A stretch of 64,000 nt of DNA. It comes from an uncultured Anaerolineales bacterium (lineage in GTDB: Bacteria; Chloroflexota; Anaerolineae; Aggregatilineales; Aggregatilineaceae). The stretch is from positions 9,818-73,817 of the forward strand of contig CAKZOB010000065.1 in the NCBI GenBank assembly GCA_937135955.1. Direction: 5' to 3'. Position numbers and translations under genes: made by a program. The notes below the pieces were generated by a model. That model had not been told where the DNA came from and did no database searches. It was given only the letters and a program-made list of their open reading frames with translations. Shown here piece by piece: positions 1 through 9,005 of the stretch. Positions within the stretch are counted from its first letter, which is position 1, and every line of letters begins with the position of its first letter.

Positions 1-743
1 AGCACGCCCTGGCCATCGGCGCGGACTTCCTGGCGACCGGTCACTACGCCCGCGTAGAACGCGCCCCCAACGGCACCGCCCGTCTGCTGAAGGCGCGCGA
101 TGCGGCCAAGGATCAGAGCTACGTGCTCAGCGTGCTGACCCAGGAAAAACTCCAGCGGGCCTTGTTTCCAGTGGGCGACTATACGAAAGCGGAAGTGCGC
201 GCCCTGGCTCAGGCTCGCAGCCTGCCCGTCGCCTCCAAGCACGACAGCCAGGACCTGTGCTTCCTGGCCGACGGCGACTACCGTCGTTTTCTGCGCCAGC
301 ACGTCCCCGACGCAGTGCGTCCCGGCCCCATCCTCACCCGCGACGGGCGCGAACTCGGTACACATAGTGGCCTGCCCAACTACACCATCGGCCAGCGCAA
401 AGGGCTGGGCATCAGCTACCCCGAACCGCTTTACGTGCTGGGCACCGACCCCGTCCGCAATGCGCTGATCGTGGGCACGGCGGACGAGTTGGGATGCTCG
501 GCGTTGCTCGCCGGGCGCGTCAACTGGATCGCTGGCGCGCCGCCCGCACCGACCTTCCGCGCCGAGATCAAGATTCGCTACAAGGCCCGCCCCGCATGGG
601 GCACGGTGAGCGCGCGCGAGGATGGCACGGTTGCCGTGCGCTTCGATGCGCCGCAGCGCGACATCACTCCCGGTCAGGGAGCGGTATTCTACCAGGGCGA
701 GGTCTGCCTGGGCGGAGGAATCATCCTCCGCGCCGGAGAATGA
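1..743 (+). CDS. mnmA: tRNA-specific 2-thiouridylase MnmA, C-terminal part (5' end lies outside the window)
   Basis: The frame is open from the window edge (ATGHYARV...DQSYVLSVL...IGQRKGLGI...GQGAVFY), which is typical MnmA. Stop TGA at 741-743. Confidence 0.85.
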   Translation, partial: HALAIGADFLATGHYARVERAPNGTARLLKARDAAKDQSYVLSVLTQEKLQRALFPVGDYTKAEVRALAQARSLPVASKHDSQDLCFLADGDYRRFLRQHVPDAVRPGPILTRDGRELGTHSGLPNYTIGQRKGLGISYPEPLYVLGTDPVRNALIVGTADELGCSALLAGRVNWIAGAPPAPTFRAEIKIRYKARPAWGTVSAREDGTVAVRFDAPQRDITPGQGAVFYQGEVCLGGGIILRAGE

Positions 744-758
744 AGACGCCAGCCGCGC

Positions 759-1601
759 TCAGTAGGCTGTCGTCTGCAGCAAATGCCGCACATCGTCGCG
801 GAACAGCAGCATCACCAGCGTGCCGAACACAATATATGGCCCATAAGGCAGCGGCGTGAACAGCCGATAGCGTCTGCCCGCCAGTGACCGCCCGAAGATA
901 TAGAGCAGCGATCCCACCGCCCCTGCCACAACTGTGATCAGCGCCGCGAAGATGAACGCCCGCCAGCCCAGCATCAGGCCGCTCAGCGTGGCGAGCATCA
1001 CGTCTCCAAAGCCAAAGGCCACCTCGTCGCGTCCCATCAGGGTCGAGAAAGCTGCGCCGCCCAGGAACATCGCCAGGAAGAGCAGGAAGCCCAGCACGCC
1101 CCCCCACACGTACTCCTGAAACGATTTGCCCGCCTGCGGGGAGATAAGCGCCACCAGCAACGCGAACAGACACGAGGGCACGATCACGACGAACAGGATC
1201 AGACGGTGCTCCAGGTCTATGACGGTGATCAGCGCCAGGATGGCCACGTAGATCAGCCAGGCCCACAGCGCCGGTTCGTCCGGAAAGGCGATCACCAGTC
1301 CGGCGTAGGCCAGCCCCAACGTCAGTTCCAGCAATGGATGACGCCAGCCCAGCCGGTTGGGGCGCGGCGCGGCAGCCTCCTGCCCCTCGGCGGGATCAGG
1401 GAGTATCGGCGGACCGGCGCGCAGGCCCAGGGCAAAGGCGCTCAGTCCCAGCCAGGCTCGCTTCGGGCGCGGACTGCCGTCCGGATAGTGGGGCAAATGC
1501 AGGCGCTCCCCCTCTGGCAAATCGTCCGCCAGGGCATTGAGCAGCGCCCCCACCAGCACCCCCAGAATTCCAGCCATCACCGCCAGTACCGCTGTCGGCA
1601 T
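759..1601 (-). CDS. A24-family prepilin signal peptidase-like membrane protein
   Basis: 280-aa polytopic protein with an N-terminal LNALADDLP segment and a FGFGDVMLATLSGLMLGW (GxGD-type) motif. Convergent with mnmA. Confidence 0.7.
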   Translation of the reverse strand: MPTAVLAVMAGILGVLVGALLNALADDLPEGERLHLPHYPDGSPRPKRAWLGLSAFALGLRAGPPILPDPAEGQEAAAPRPNRLGWRHPLLELTLGLAYAGLVIAFPDEPALWAWLIYVAILALITVIDLEHRLILFVVIVPSCLFALLVALISPQAGKSFQEYVWGGVLGFLLFLAMFLGGAAFSTLMGRDEVAFGFGDVMLATLSGLMLGWRAFIFAALITVVAGAVGSLLYIFGRSLAGRRYRLFTPLPYGPYIVFGTLVMLLFRDDVRHLLQTTAY

Positions 1602-1632
1602 TGTTGTCCCCCCTGTCGGGCAGGTGTGCGCA

Positions 1633-1809
1633 TCAATAAGCGAGCTGGGGCAACGACTCCGGAGGTCCCAAGAAGAACGGCGGGGTGGGCGTTGGCGTCC
1701 CCGGCGGAGGCGGCAAGAGGGCCACTGCTCCGCCCAGCACGATCACCGTGATGACCAGAATCAACAGAATGAACAGGATCAAACGCCCGGCTCCGGGTCT
1801 CCGCCGCAC
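1633..1809 (-). CDS. Possible 58-aa small membrane protein just upstream of the prepilin peptidase gene (below the ORF-track length cut-off)
   Basis: GTG start preceded by GGAG. Translation is RRRPGAGR, then a hydrophobic helix LILFILLILVITVIVLGGAVALL, then a Pro/Thr-rich tail. Third codon positions are G/C-rich. It ends 29 nt before the peptidase ATG. Confidence 0.25.
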   Translation of the reverse strand: MRRRPGAGRLILFILLILVITVIVLGGAVALLPPPPGTPTPTPPFFLGPPESLPQLAY

Positions 1810-1917
1810 GACTATCGCTCCTGCCGTTGCTCGTCACGCCGCGCATTATACCAGAAACAGGCGCAAGGCTGCTGTCAGCAAGACAGAGGGAAGTCAGGCG
1901 CTTGTCAGCTACCACAA

Positions 1918-1946
1918 TTGCCCCCCGCTCTGCTACACCCTATAAT
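1918..1946 (+). promoter_or_regulatory. Sigma-70-type promoter for the NfeD-flotillin operon
   Basis: TTGCCC (1918-1923), 17-nt spacer, TATAAT (1941-1946), about 55 nt upstream of the ATG at 2002. Confidence 0.6.
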
Positions 1947-2001
1947 GACAGCAAAGGTCTGCGCGGTTCACAAGCCCGCCTGGACTCTTGAGGAAAACCC
2001 T

Positions 2002-2616
2002 ATGGACATCTTGCTAGCAAACGCGCTCAGCGATTTCTTCGGCGAGAATCCGCTGTACATCGTCTACGCCGCCGCTCTGCTCATCGGCCTGATCTACGCC
2101 GTGTTCCTGATCTTCTTCCACGGCATCGGCGATGCGCTCGGCGATCTCGACCTCGACCTGCACGCCGACATGGGCGACATTGATCTGATTGACGCCGATG
2201 GCGCAGCCGAAGCCACAGGAGTCAGTATGCTGGCCGTTGCCAGCTTCATCTCCTCTTTCGGCGCGTTCGGCCTGATCGCGGCTACCCTGCTCGGTGCAGG
2301 CGACGTGCTCAGTTTTGTGGTCGCCCTGGCTGGGGGCATCGTTATTGGCATCGCGGCGCAGATTTTCTTCCTGTACATCCTGTCACCTACCGTCAGCAGC
2401 GAAGTCCGTCAGACGCGCCTGATTGGTCAGGTAGCCGAGATCACCACCCCCATCCCCCCTAACGGCGTCGGACAGATTGCTTTCGTCGCCCAGGGCAGCC
2501 GCGTGACTTATTCGGCCCGCGCCACCGACGAGACCCGCGCCCTGGAACGGGGTACGCCGGTACGCATCGAGCGCATCGTCGGCGGGATGGCTTACGTCAC
2601 CGCAATTGACGGGTGA
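2002..2616 (+). CDS. NfeD-family membrane protein (YuaF-like, flotillin partner)
   Basis: Internal ATG at 2002 with a GAGGA SD 7 nt upstream. Hydrophobic N-terminal half plus a C-terminal OB-like segment (GQVAEITTPIPPNGVGQIAF...GTPVRIERIVGG). The upstream part of track ORF 1537-2616 overlaps the promoter and the divergent gene. Confidence 0.75.
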   Translation: MDILLANALSDFFGENPLYIVYAAALLIGLIYAVFLIFFHGIGDALGDLDLDLHADMGDIDLIDADGAAEATGVSMLAVASFISSFGAFGLIAATLLGAGDVLSFVVALAGGIVIGIAAQIFFLYILSPTVSSEVRQTRLIGQVAEITTPIPPNGVGQIAFVAQGSRVTYSARATDETRALERGTPVRIERIVGGMAYVTAIDG

Positions 2617-2701
2617 GCGCTTCGGCGTCGCCCTCGTCCTTCACCGGCACAGTGTGATCCCAGAGCCGCTTCGTCTACCTACTCAGAAAGGATAGCAATT
2701 T

Positions 2702-4078
2702 ATGGAAGCCGTAGGTGCACTCGTCATTCTGCTGTTTTTGTTCATCCTCTTCACCCTGGTGGCGGTCTACGCCAGTCGGGTGCGGAAGGTTGGCCCCAAT
2801 GAGGTGCTAGTCATCTCCGGTCGCCGCACGCGCAACCCCGAAACCGGTGAGATTGAGCCATACCGCATCGTCAAAGGGGGACGAGCCTTCATCTGGCCTA
2901 TTCTGGAGCGGGTGGACACGCTTTCGCTGGAGATCATGACCATCGAGATCACCACGGAAGATGTGTATACCCGTCAGGGCGTGCCGGTGACACTCGAAGG
3001 TGTGGCGCAGATCAAGATCGCCAGCGACGACGTTTCGATCCGCACCGCCGCCGAACGCTTCCTTTCCAAGACGCGCGCGGAGATCATCAACGTGGCGCAT
3101 GAGACGCTCGCCGGTCATTTGCGCGCGATCATCGGCAACATGACCGTTGAGGAAATTTATCGCGAGCGCGATAAGTTCGCCCAGGAAGTGCAGAGCGTCT
3201 CGGCCAGCGACCTGGCCAACATGGGCCTGGGCATTGACACCTTCGTCATCAAAGACGTGCGCGACAAAGAAGGCTACCTCGACGCGCTGGGCCGCCCGCG
3301 CGTGGCCGAAGTCAAACGCGACGCCACCATCGCCGAGCAGCTCGCCGCCACCCGCGAAGCGGAAGCCCGCCGCGACTATCAGTTGCAGCAAGCCGAGTAC
3401 GACAGCGAAGTCGCCCGCAAGCAGACTGAAGCCAACCTGGCCGGCCCCCTGCAGGAACGCATTGTCAATCAGAAGATCCGCGCCGAAGAGGTGCAGATCG
3501 AACTGATCGAGAAGCAGAAGCGCATCGAAGTGCAGGAGCAGGAAGCCCTGCGCATGGAAAAGGAACTGGAGGCCACCGTCCGCAAACCGGCGGAGGCCGA
3601 GCAGTACCGCATCCAGACCATCGCCAGCGCCCAGAAGTTCGAGATAGAGGCGCGCGCTGAGGGTGAAGCAGCAGCCATCCGCGCCCGCGGTGAAGCCGAA
3701 GCGGAAGCCATCCGCGCGCGCGGTCTGGCCGAAGCTGAAGTGATACTGCAAAAGGGGTTGGCCGAAGCCCAGGCTATGGAGAAGAAGGCCGCCGCTTGGC
3801 AGAAGTACAACCAGGCCGCTGTCATCCAGCAGATCGTCGAGGCGCTGCCCCAGGTTGCCGCGGCCATTGCCCAGCCGTTGGCGCAGACCGAGCGCATCGT
3901 GATCATCAGCAGCGGCGACGGGGCTGGCGCGGGCGCATCGAAGCTGAGCACAGATATTACCAACATCATCGCCCAGGTGCCCGCGACGGTCGAGGCGCTC
4001 ACCGGTCTGAACCTCACCGAGACCATCAGCAAGCTTCCAGACGTCCTCACCAGCAAGCCGCAAGAACCAGAAGCGTAG
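2702..4078 (+). CDS. Flotillin-like SPFH/band-7 protein
   Basis: N-terminal TM, an SPFH core, then EA-rich coiled-coil repeats (EARAEGEAAAIRARGEAEAEAIRARGLAEAEV), directly downstream of NfeD. Confidence 0.85.
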   Translation: MEAVGALVILLFLFILFTLVAVYASRVRKVGPNEVLVISGRRTRNPETGEIEPYRIVKGGRAFIWPILERVDTLSLEIMTIEITTEDVYTRQGVPVTLEGVAQIKIASDDVSIRTAAERFLSKTRAEIINVAHETLAGHLRAIIGNMTVEEIYRERDKFAQEVQSVSASDLANMGLGIDTFVIKDVRDKEGYLDALGRPRVAEVKRDATIAEQLAATREAEARRDYQLQQAEYDSEVARKQTEANLAGPLQERIVNQKIRAEEVQIELIEKQKRIEVQEQEALRMEKELEATVRKPAEAEQYRIQTIASAQKFEIEARAEGEAAAIRARGEAEAEAIRARGLAEAEVILQKGLAEAQAMEKKAAAWQKYNQAAVIQQIVEALPQVAAAIAQPLAQTERIVIISSGDGAGAGASKLSTDITNIIAQVPATVEALTGLNLTETISKLPDVLTSKPQEPEA

Positions 4079-4100
4079 AGCTATCTGTTCCGGGCTTCGC

Positions 4101-4134
4101 AGAGGCCGCGCCAGGCGTGGCCTCTCTTTGTTTC
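4101..4134 (+). terminator. Rho-independent terminator after the flotillin gene
   Basis: AGAGGCCGCG / CGTGGCCTCT 10-bp stem (one G-U pair), 5-nt loop, followed by CTTTGTTTCC. Confidence 0.6.
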
Positions 4135-4261
4135 CGCAACTGGCGCTGACAGAACGCGCTCCCCGCGCTAACATAGGCCCGCTGCCCGCTGCTGATCGGG
4201 CGTCCAGCTTAGTACGTATAACCGGGCAGCGCCTGACTGTGTTCCTGGAGGACATCACCTT

Positions 4262-5821
4262 ATGCCCTCGTTGCGCCGAACATTTTTCGCAGTGCTGATG
4301 ATCGCCGCCCTGCTGACAGCATCGGGCCTGCCTTTGGCAAGCGCCCGTCAGTCCGACGCCATCATCATCGGCACCACCGATCTGCCTACTTCCCTCGACC
4401 CAGCCGAAGCCTACGACTTGATGACCTGGGAGGTGCTCAGCCATCTCTACGTGGGCCTGGTGCGTCAGCTCGCCGGCACGCTCGACTACGAACTGGCCCT
4501 GGCCGAGCGCCACACTGTCAGCGCCGACGGGCTGACGCATACGTTCACCCTGCGCGACGGGCAGACCTTCAGTGACGGCACGCCGATCACCGCCCAGACT
4601 TTTGTAGACTCAGTGAAGCGAGTGCTGGCGCTACGGCGTCCCGCTGTTGCGTTGATCGAGCCGTATGTGGCGGATGTGACCGCCCCTTCGGAACGCGAAC
4701 TGATCTTCACCCTCAAGCGCCCAACGCCTTACTTCCTGCAACTGCTGGCCCTGCCCGCCTATTACCCGCAGCATCCGGCGTTGGTCAGCGCCGATACACC
4801 ACAACCGTTCCCGGCTGAGATCATCGGCAACGGCCCGTACCGGTTGCAACGCTTCGCTGTGCGTCAGGAGATCGTGCTGCAAGCCAATCCCGCCTATGCG
4901 CTTGGCCCCGCCCCCCGAACGGAAACCATCGTGCTGCGCCAGTTCAGCCGTTCGCAAGACCTGCGCGAAGCCTTGCTCCACCGCGAGGTAGACTTTGCCT
5001 GGCGCGCCCTGCTGCTGGACGACGTGAAGCGCCTCGATGGACAGCCTGGCCTGCGGGTGCTCGATCTTCCTGCGACGCGCACCTTCTATCTCTACCTGAA
5101 CCAGAACCGCGAACCCACCGACGATCCCCTGGTGCGCGAAGCCCTCACGTTGCTGATTGACCGTAGCGCTCTCGCGGGCATCCTGGGCAACCATGCCACG
5201 CCGCTGACGGCGCTGGTGCCCTCTCAATTCGAGATGGCTTACGTCCCCCTGTGGCCGGACGCGCCCGACATCCCCACCGCCGAAGCCACTCTGCGCGCCG
5301 CCGGTTACAAGGAACGGGGAACCCCCAAGCTGAGCATTACCGTCGGCTTCTCACTACCCCTGTATGGCGTGCCCTACGCGGACGCGGTCACCCGGCTGGT
5401 GCGGGCCAGCTTCCAGCCTACCAGCTTCGTAGATTACGCAACTTTCACCGACATTGACGGATCCACCTTCACAGATATACTGCAAGAAGGGGGCATCGGC
5501 CTGGCCATCTTCGCCTGGACGCCGGTAGTGCCGCACCCTTACGCTTACCTGTTCCCCTTGCTCCATTCGTCGCAGGCATTGCCCGCCAACGGGCGCTTCG
5601 CCCGCCCAGAGCTAGACCTGCTGCTGGATCAGATCGCCGGACAACCGGACGCTAGAGCGCAGGCTGCTCTCTACGCTCAATTGGCCGAATGGGTGCTTGA
5701 CGATCATGCCCTGGTTCCCTTGTGGCAGGATCATCTGCAGGTCGTCGCCTGGGACACGATAGAGGGGATCGCGGTAGCGCCGAACTACTGGCTGAGCTAC
5801 GGTCAGCTTGCCCGCCGCTGA
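4262..5821 (+). CDS. ABC-transporter substrate-binding protein, family 5 (peptide/nickel type); orphan, with no permease or ATPase gene adjacent
   Basis: 519 aa with a signal peptide (MIAALLTASGLPLASA) and an SBP_bac_5-like core (IIGTTDLPTSLDPAEAYD..., GPYRLQRF). Confidence 0.75.
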   Translation: MPSLRRTFFAVLMIAALLTASGLPLASARQSDAIIIGTTDLPTSLDPAEAYDLMTWEVLSHLYVGLVRQLAGTLDYELALAERHTVSADGLTHTFTLRDGQTFSDGTPITAQTFVDSVKRVLALRRPAVALIEPYVADVTAPSERELIFTLKRPTPYFLQLLALPAYYPQHPALVSADTPQPFPAEIIGNGPYRLQRFAVRQEIVLQANPAYALGPAPRTETIVLRQFSRSQDLREALLHREVDFAWRALLLDDVKRLDGQPGLRVLDLPATRTFYLYLNQNREPTDDPLVREALTLLIDRSALAGILGNHATPLTALVPSQFEMAYVPLWPDAPDIPTAEATLRAAGYKERGTPKLSITVGFSLPLYGVPYADAVTRLVRASFQPTSFVDYATFTDIDGSTFTDILQEGGIGLAIFAWTPVVPHPYAYLFPLLHSSQALPANGRFARPELDLLLDQIAGQPDARAQAALYAQLAEWVLDDHALVPLWQDHLQVVAWDTIEGIAVAPNYWLSYGQLARR

Positions 5822-5836
5822 CGCTCTACAGGAATA

Positions 5837-5865
5837 CAGAAGCCGCGCCCAGGACGCGGCTTCTG
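5837..5865. terminator. Hairpin between convergent genes, a possible bidirectional terminator
   Basis: CAGAAGCCGCG / CGCGGCTTCTG perfect 11-bp stem with a 7-nt loop. Confidence 0.5.
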
Positions 5866-5897
5866 TCGTCAAAGCAGGAAGTCACCTCGGAGCAGTG

Positions 5898-6248
5898 TCA
5901 CGGCTTGGAATCGTAGCCGGGGCCGTTCTTGAAGAACTCATAATTCCACTTGATGTCCTGGGTCAGGTCAACGATCTCGCCCCCCTGGGCGGCAACGCGC
6001 TGCTTGGTATCGAACGGAACGCGCTCCTGTCCAGCGGACATTTCATAGGCGCTGGGCACCTCTTCTTCGACAAAGATAGCCTCGAAGGGGCATTCGGGCA
6101 CACACGCCCCACAGTCAATGCAGGTGTCGGGATCGATGAAGTACCAGGGCCACTCGTTTTCAGGAAAACCGGGCACGATACAATCAACGGGGCACACTTC
6201 CACGCAGGCCCCGTCGCGCAAACACAGGCTGGTGATGATGTGAGTCAT
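5898..6248 (-). CDS. 7Fe-type ([3Fe-4S][4Fe-4S]) ferredoxin with a C-terminal extension, paralog 1
   Basis: ATG at 6248 with AAGGAG upstream. Motifs CLRDGACVEVCP and CIDCGACVPECP. About 70% identical by eye to the ORF at 8466-8813. Confidence 0.85.
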   Translation of the reverse strand: MTHIITSLCLRDGACVEVCPVDCIVPGFPENEWPWYFIDPDTCIDCGACVPECPFEAIFVEEEVPSAYEMSAGQERVPFDTKQRVAAQGGEIVDLTQDIKWNYEFFKNGPGYDSKP

Positions 6249-6380
6249 GTGTTCCTGCTCCTTATGGTGGTGTCCACCCAAAAGCCCTTCGGGCACTACT
6301 TGGTTTTCCGATACCCCGCACGATACCACATGCCCTCTTCAACAGTGACGGCACCAGGGCATCACGGGACATCAACCATC

Positions 6381-6410
6381 ACTATAGCAAACCAGGCTAC
6401 ACTTGTGCAA
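6381..6410 (-). promoter_or_regulatory. Promoter for ferredoxin paralog 1
   Basis: Minus strand reads TTGCAC, 18-nt spacer, TATAGT. Confidence 0.5.
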
Positions 6411-6436
6411 GCGTTATGAATATGATCATTCCCCTG

Positions 6437-8272
6437 TCATCGGGCGGAATCTTCGCCGCGATGAGCCGGTAGAGTAAAGCTGAAGGTGCTACCCTGCTCT
6501 GGCACACTTTCCACCCCTACACTGCCACCCAGCTTCTCGACGATACGCCTGACAATGGACAACCCCAACCCATGTCCGCCGTGATGATGCGTCGCCTTGC
6601 GGTTGAACTCGTCAAATAGGTGCTCCTGCACTTCCGGAGCAATACCCGCCCCGTTGTCTTTGACCCAGAAGCGAATCAGGTCGCCCTCGTGGGTTGCGCC
6701 CAGTTCGATGCGCGGTGGAGAACCTCCATACTTGATAGCATTGCTCAGGAGATTCTCCCACACTTCCTCCACCCAGGGCGCATATCCCAACGCCACCGGC
6801 CAGCTTCGCGGCATACTGATCTCAGCTCCCTTTTGTTGAATCTGTCTGCTCAGCCGCGACCTGGCCTCGGCCACGATCAGCTCCATCTTCAGAGCGCTGA
6901 GCCTGACATCCTCCTGCCGGACGCTCGCCAGCAACAGCAGTTCATCCACGATGCGCACGATCTTGAACGCCATGTTCAATTGATCGTCCGCTAACTGTGC
7001 CGTTTCTTCATCACCTAGCTCGCGCAGACGATCCGCTAGCAGTTCACTCAGGCCAATGATGACCGAAAGGGGATTCTTGAGATCGTGCGCCACCGTATGG
7101 GCGAAGGCGTCCAGTTCGGCGATCAGCTTCTCCCGTTCCTCGATCTCCCGCTGCAAAGCTACATTCTTCAGCCGGTAAATCTCCGCCTGCTGACGCGCCT
7201 TGTCAGCCTCGTGTGTGGCCTCCAGGCTGCGCACGCGGAAAGAGAACATCTCCAGAGAGGCATCCTGATTCAGGACATGGAATTGTTTGTAATGCTCCAG
7301 GCTCTCGCGCAGGTGTCCCGTGCGCTCGTACGTCTCGGCGAGTGCCGCGTGAATCTCGGCCAGCACAGGTTTGCTGCCGATCTCCCCCGCCACCTCACGC
7401 GCCTGCTCCAGCGCCAGCAACGCCTGCCCTGCTTTGTCTTGATCGAGCAGCAGGCGGCCAATGTCCAGCAAGGTAGCTGCCTCGAACTGCCGATAGCCGC
7501 GCTCTCTGGAAAGCGCCAGTGATTGCTCGAAGTAACGCAGTGCCTGTTCGGAATCCCCTGCCGCGCGGTAAATCTTGCCAATGTTGCCCAGCGCTTCCGT
7601 CTCGGCGCGCGGATAGGCGATCTCGCGATCCAGGGCCAGGCTCTGCTGCTCATAGGCCAATGACTGTTCGTAATCGCCTCGCAAGAAGTACGCTTTACCG
7701 ATGCTGTCCAGGGCCTGCGCCTCACCATGCTTGTAATTCAACTGCCGGTGCATGGCCAGGCTGCATTCGAGTTGCGCCAGCGCTGCCTCCCGATCGCCCA
7801 AATGCAACAGCATGTAGCCGGTATCGTTGAGCACACTGGCGATCAGTCGCGGATCACCGCTCATTTCAGCCAGTTGCTGAGCGCGATAGCCCAGTTCCAG
7901 GGCCAGCGAAGAGTTACCCAGGAAGTAGTGAATCCCCGCAATGTGATTGACCGTATAGGCTTGCTTGCCACGCTCACCCAACACGTCGAAGAGAATCGCC
8001 GCTTGTAGCCCCAGTTCGAGCGCTTCCTGATATCTTGACTGATCCCATGCCAGGACCGAACGGATCAACAGGCTGTAGGCCAGCCCATATTGGTAGGGAG
8101 CCTCGCCGGCATTCGCCACTTGCCCGGCTTCTTCAGCCAGGCTCTGGCTGCGCTGAGGGTCACTGTGCAACAAAGCCCAGGCCTGATCGTTGAGCCGATC
8201 GACCTGTTCTTCGCGCGATAGGGCTGTCAGGTGCTGCAGATTGAGGGAGTCAAAACCCATGGCACCGCCCAT
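6437..8272 (-). CDS. Cytoplasmic TPR-repeat sensor histidine kinase (orphan; no response regulator adjacent)
   Basis: Multiple TPR-like repeats, then a coiled coil, the H-box FAHTVAHDLKNPL, an N-box (LLSNAIKYG) and G-boxes (DNGAGI, GHGLGLSI). The start is ambiguous (TTG 8287, ATG 8272 or 8260). Confidence 0.8.
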   Translation of the reverse strand: MGGAMGFDSLNLQHLTALSREEQVDRLNDQAWALLHSDPQRSQSLAEEAGQVANAGEAPYQYGLAYSLLIRSVLAWDQSRYQEALELGLQAAILFDVLGERGKQAYTVNHIAGIHYFLGNSSLALELGYRAQQLAEMSGDPRLIASVLNDTGYMLLHLGDREAALAQLECSLAMHRQLNYKHGEAQALDSIGKAYFLRGDYEQSLAYEQQSLALDREIAYPRAETEALGNIGKIYRAAGDSEQALRYFEQSLALSRERGYRQFEAATLLDIGRLLLDQDKAGQALLALEQAREVAGEIGSKPVLAEIHAALAETYERTGHLRESLEHYKQFHVLNQDASLEMFSFRVRSLEATHEADKARQQAEIYRLKNVALQREIEEREKLIAELDAFAHTVAHDLKNPLSVIIGLSELLADRLRELGDEETAQLADDQLNMAFKIVRIVDELLLLASVRQEDVRLSALKMELIVAEARSRLSRQIQQKGAEISMPRSWPVALGYAPWVEEVWENLLSNAIKYGGSPPRIELGATHEGDLIRFWVKDNGAGIAPEVQEHLFDEFNRKATHHHGGHGLGLSIVRRIVEKLGGSVGVESVPEQGSTFSFTLPAHRGEDSAR

Positions 8273-8410
8273 CCGCTGAGGGGACAATACGTCAGCCTAG
8301 ATTGAGATAGGATGTCTCTACGCTTCGAAGAGTATAGAGCCAACCACATCCGCCACGCAACCCGCCTCAGACACCCGTAAGCGCACCGCACACCAGTCAA
8401 AATCTGTGAC

Positions 8411-8447
8411 CAAAAACAAAAAAGGGCGAGTCATGAAGCTCGCCCTT
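8411..8447 (-). terminator. Rho-independent terminator of ferredoxin paralog 2
   Basis: Minus strand has an AAGGGCGAG / CTCGCCCTT 9-bp stem and 8-nt loop, followed by TTTTTTGTTTTTG. Confidence 0.8.
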
Positions 8448-8465
8448 GTCTCGTCTGCGAGTCAG

Positions 8466-8813
8466 CTACGACTTGGCGTTGTAGCCAGGGCCGTTACGGA
8501 AGAACTCGTAGTTCCACTTGATGTCTTCCGTCAGGTCAACGACTTCACCGCCCTTGGCAGTGTAGCGCTGCCCACCGTGCGGCACGCGCTCCTGACCGGG
8601 CTTCATCTCGTAGGCATCGGGCACCTCGTCTTCGGCAAAGATCGCCTCGAAGGGGCACTCGGTTGCACATGCGCCGCAGTCAATGCAGGAGTCGGGGTCA
8701 ATGTAATACCAGGGCCATTCGCTTTCAGGAATGCCGGGCACAATTGCCTCGGAAGGGCACACATCCGCGCAGACACCATCGCGCAGGCACAGGCTGGTCA
8801 CCACATGTGACAT
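8466..8813 (-). CDS. 7Fe-type ferredoxin with a C-terminal extension, paralog 2
   Basis: Motifs CLRDGVCADVCP and CIDCGACATECP, with a GGGAGA SD. Monocistronic, with its own terminator. Confidence 0.85.
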   Translation of the reverse strand: MSHVVTSLCLRDGVCADVCPSEAIVPGIPESEWPWYYIDPDSCIDCGACATECPFEAIFAEDEVPDAYEMKPGQERVPHGGQRYTAKGGEVVDLTEDIKWNYEFFRNGPGYNAKS

Positions 8814-8944
8814 GGCAGTTTCTCCCTGAGAAATTCAGTTTTCAACACTGCCTTTCACTATACCCTACCTGTCTGGCCTGTCATGTGAAAAAAAACACGG
8901 AGAAGATTGACGATAGGCACACATCGTCCACCTTCTCCACCACA

Positions 8945-8982
8945 CCAAAACGGGCCGCACGGGATGGGTACCCGTCCGGCCC
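8945..8982 (-). terminator. Terminator-like hairpin after sodA
   Basis: GGGCCGCACGGG / CCCGTCCGGCCC stem (one mismatch), followed on the minus strand by GTTTTGGTG. Confidence 0.5.
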
Positions 8983-9005
8983 GCCGGATCTTTGTCCAGC
9001 AGCGT

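Noticed and set aside
1537-2001. N-terminal 155 aa of track ORF 1537-2616 (which would make NfeD 359 aa).
   Set aside because: This stretch overlaps the prepilin-peptidase start and a TTGCCC-17-TATAAT promoter, and its translation is Arg/Gln/Pro-rich nonsense. The ATG at 2002 has an SD and begins the recognisable NfeD sequence.
3640-3740. Tandem-looking nucleotide repeats (also at 24200-24330 and 53560-53830) that could be mistaken for CRISPR or VNTR arrays.
   Set aside because: They lie inside ORFs and encode low-complexity protein segments: flotillin EA-repeats and PT-rich and PE/PA-rich linkers. There is no spacer-repeat periodicity.
2807-4540. 577-aa ORF antisense to the flotillin gene, plus similar long antisense ORFs (for example 29572-30993, 40361-41851, 42005-43156, 43208-44620, 47033-48574, 49608-50942, 54356-55312, 55507-56643).
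   Set aside because: All lie opposite genes with unmistakable conserved products. Their translations are Arg/Gly/Ala/His-rich low-complexity strings typical of shadow ORFs in high-GC DNA. None has an SD or any recognisable motif.
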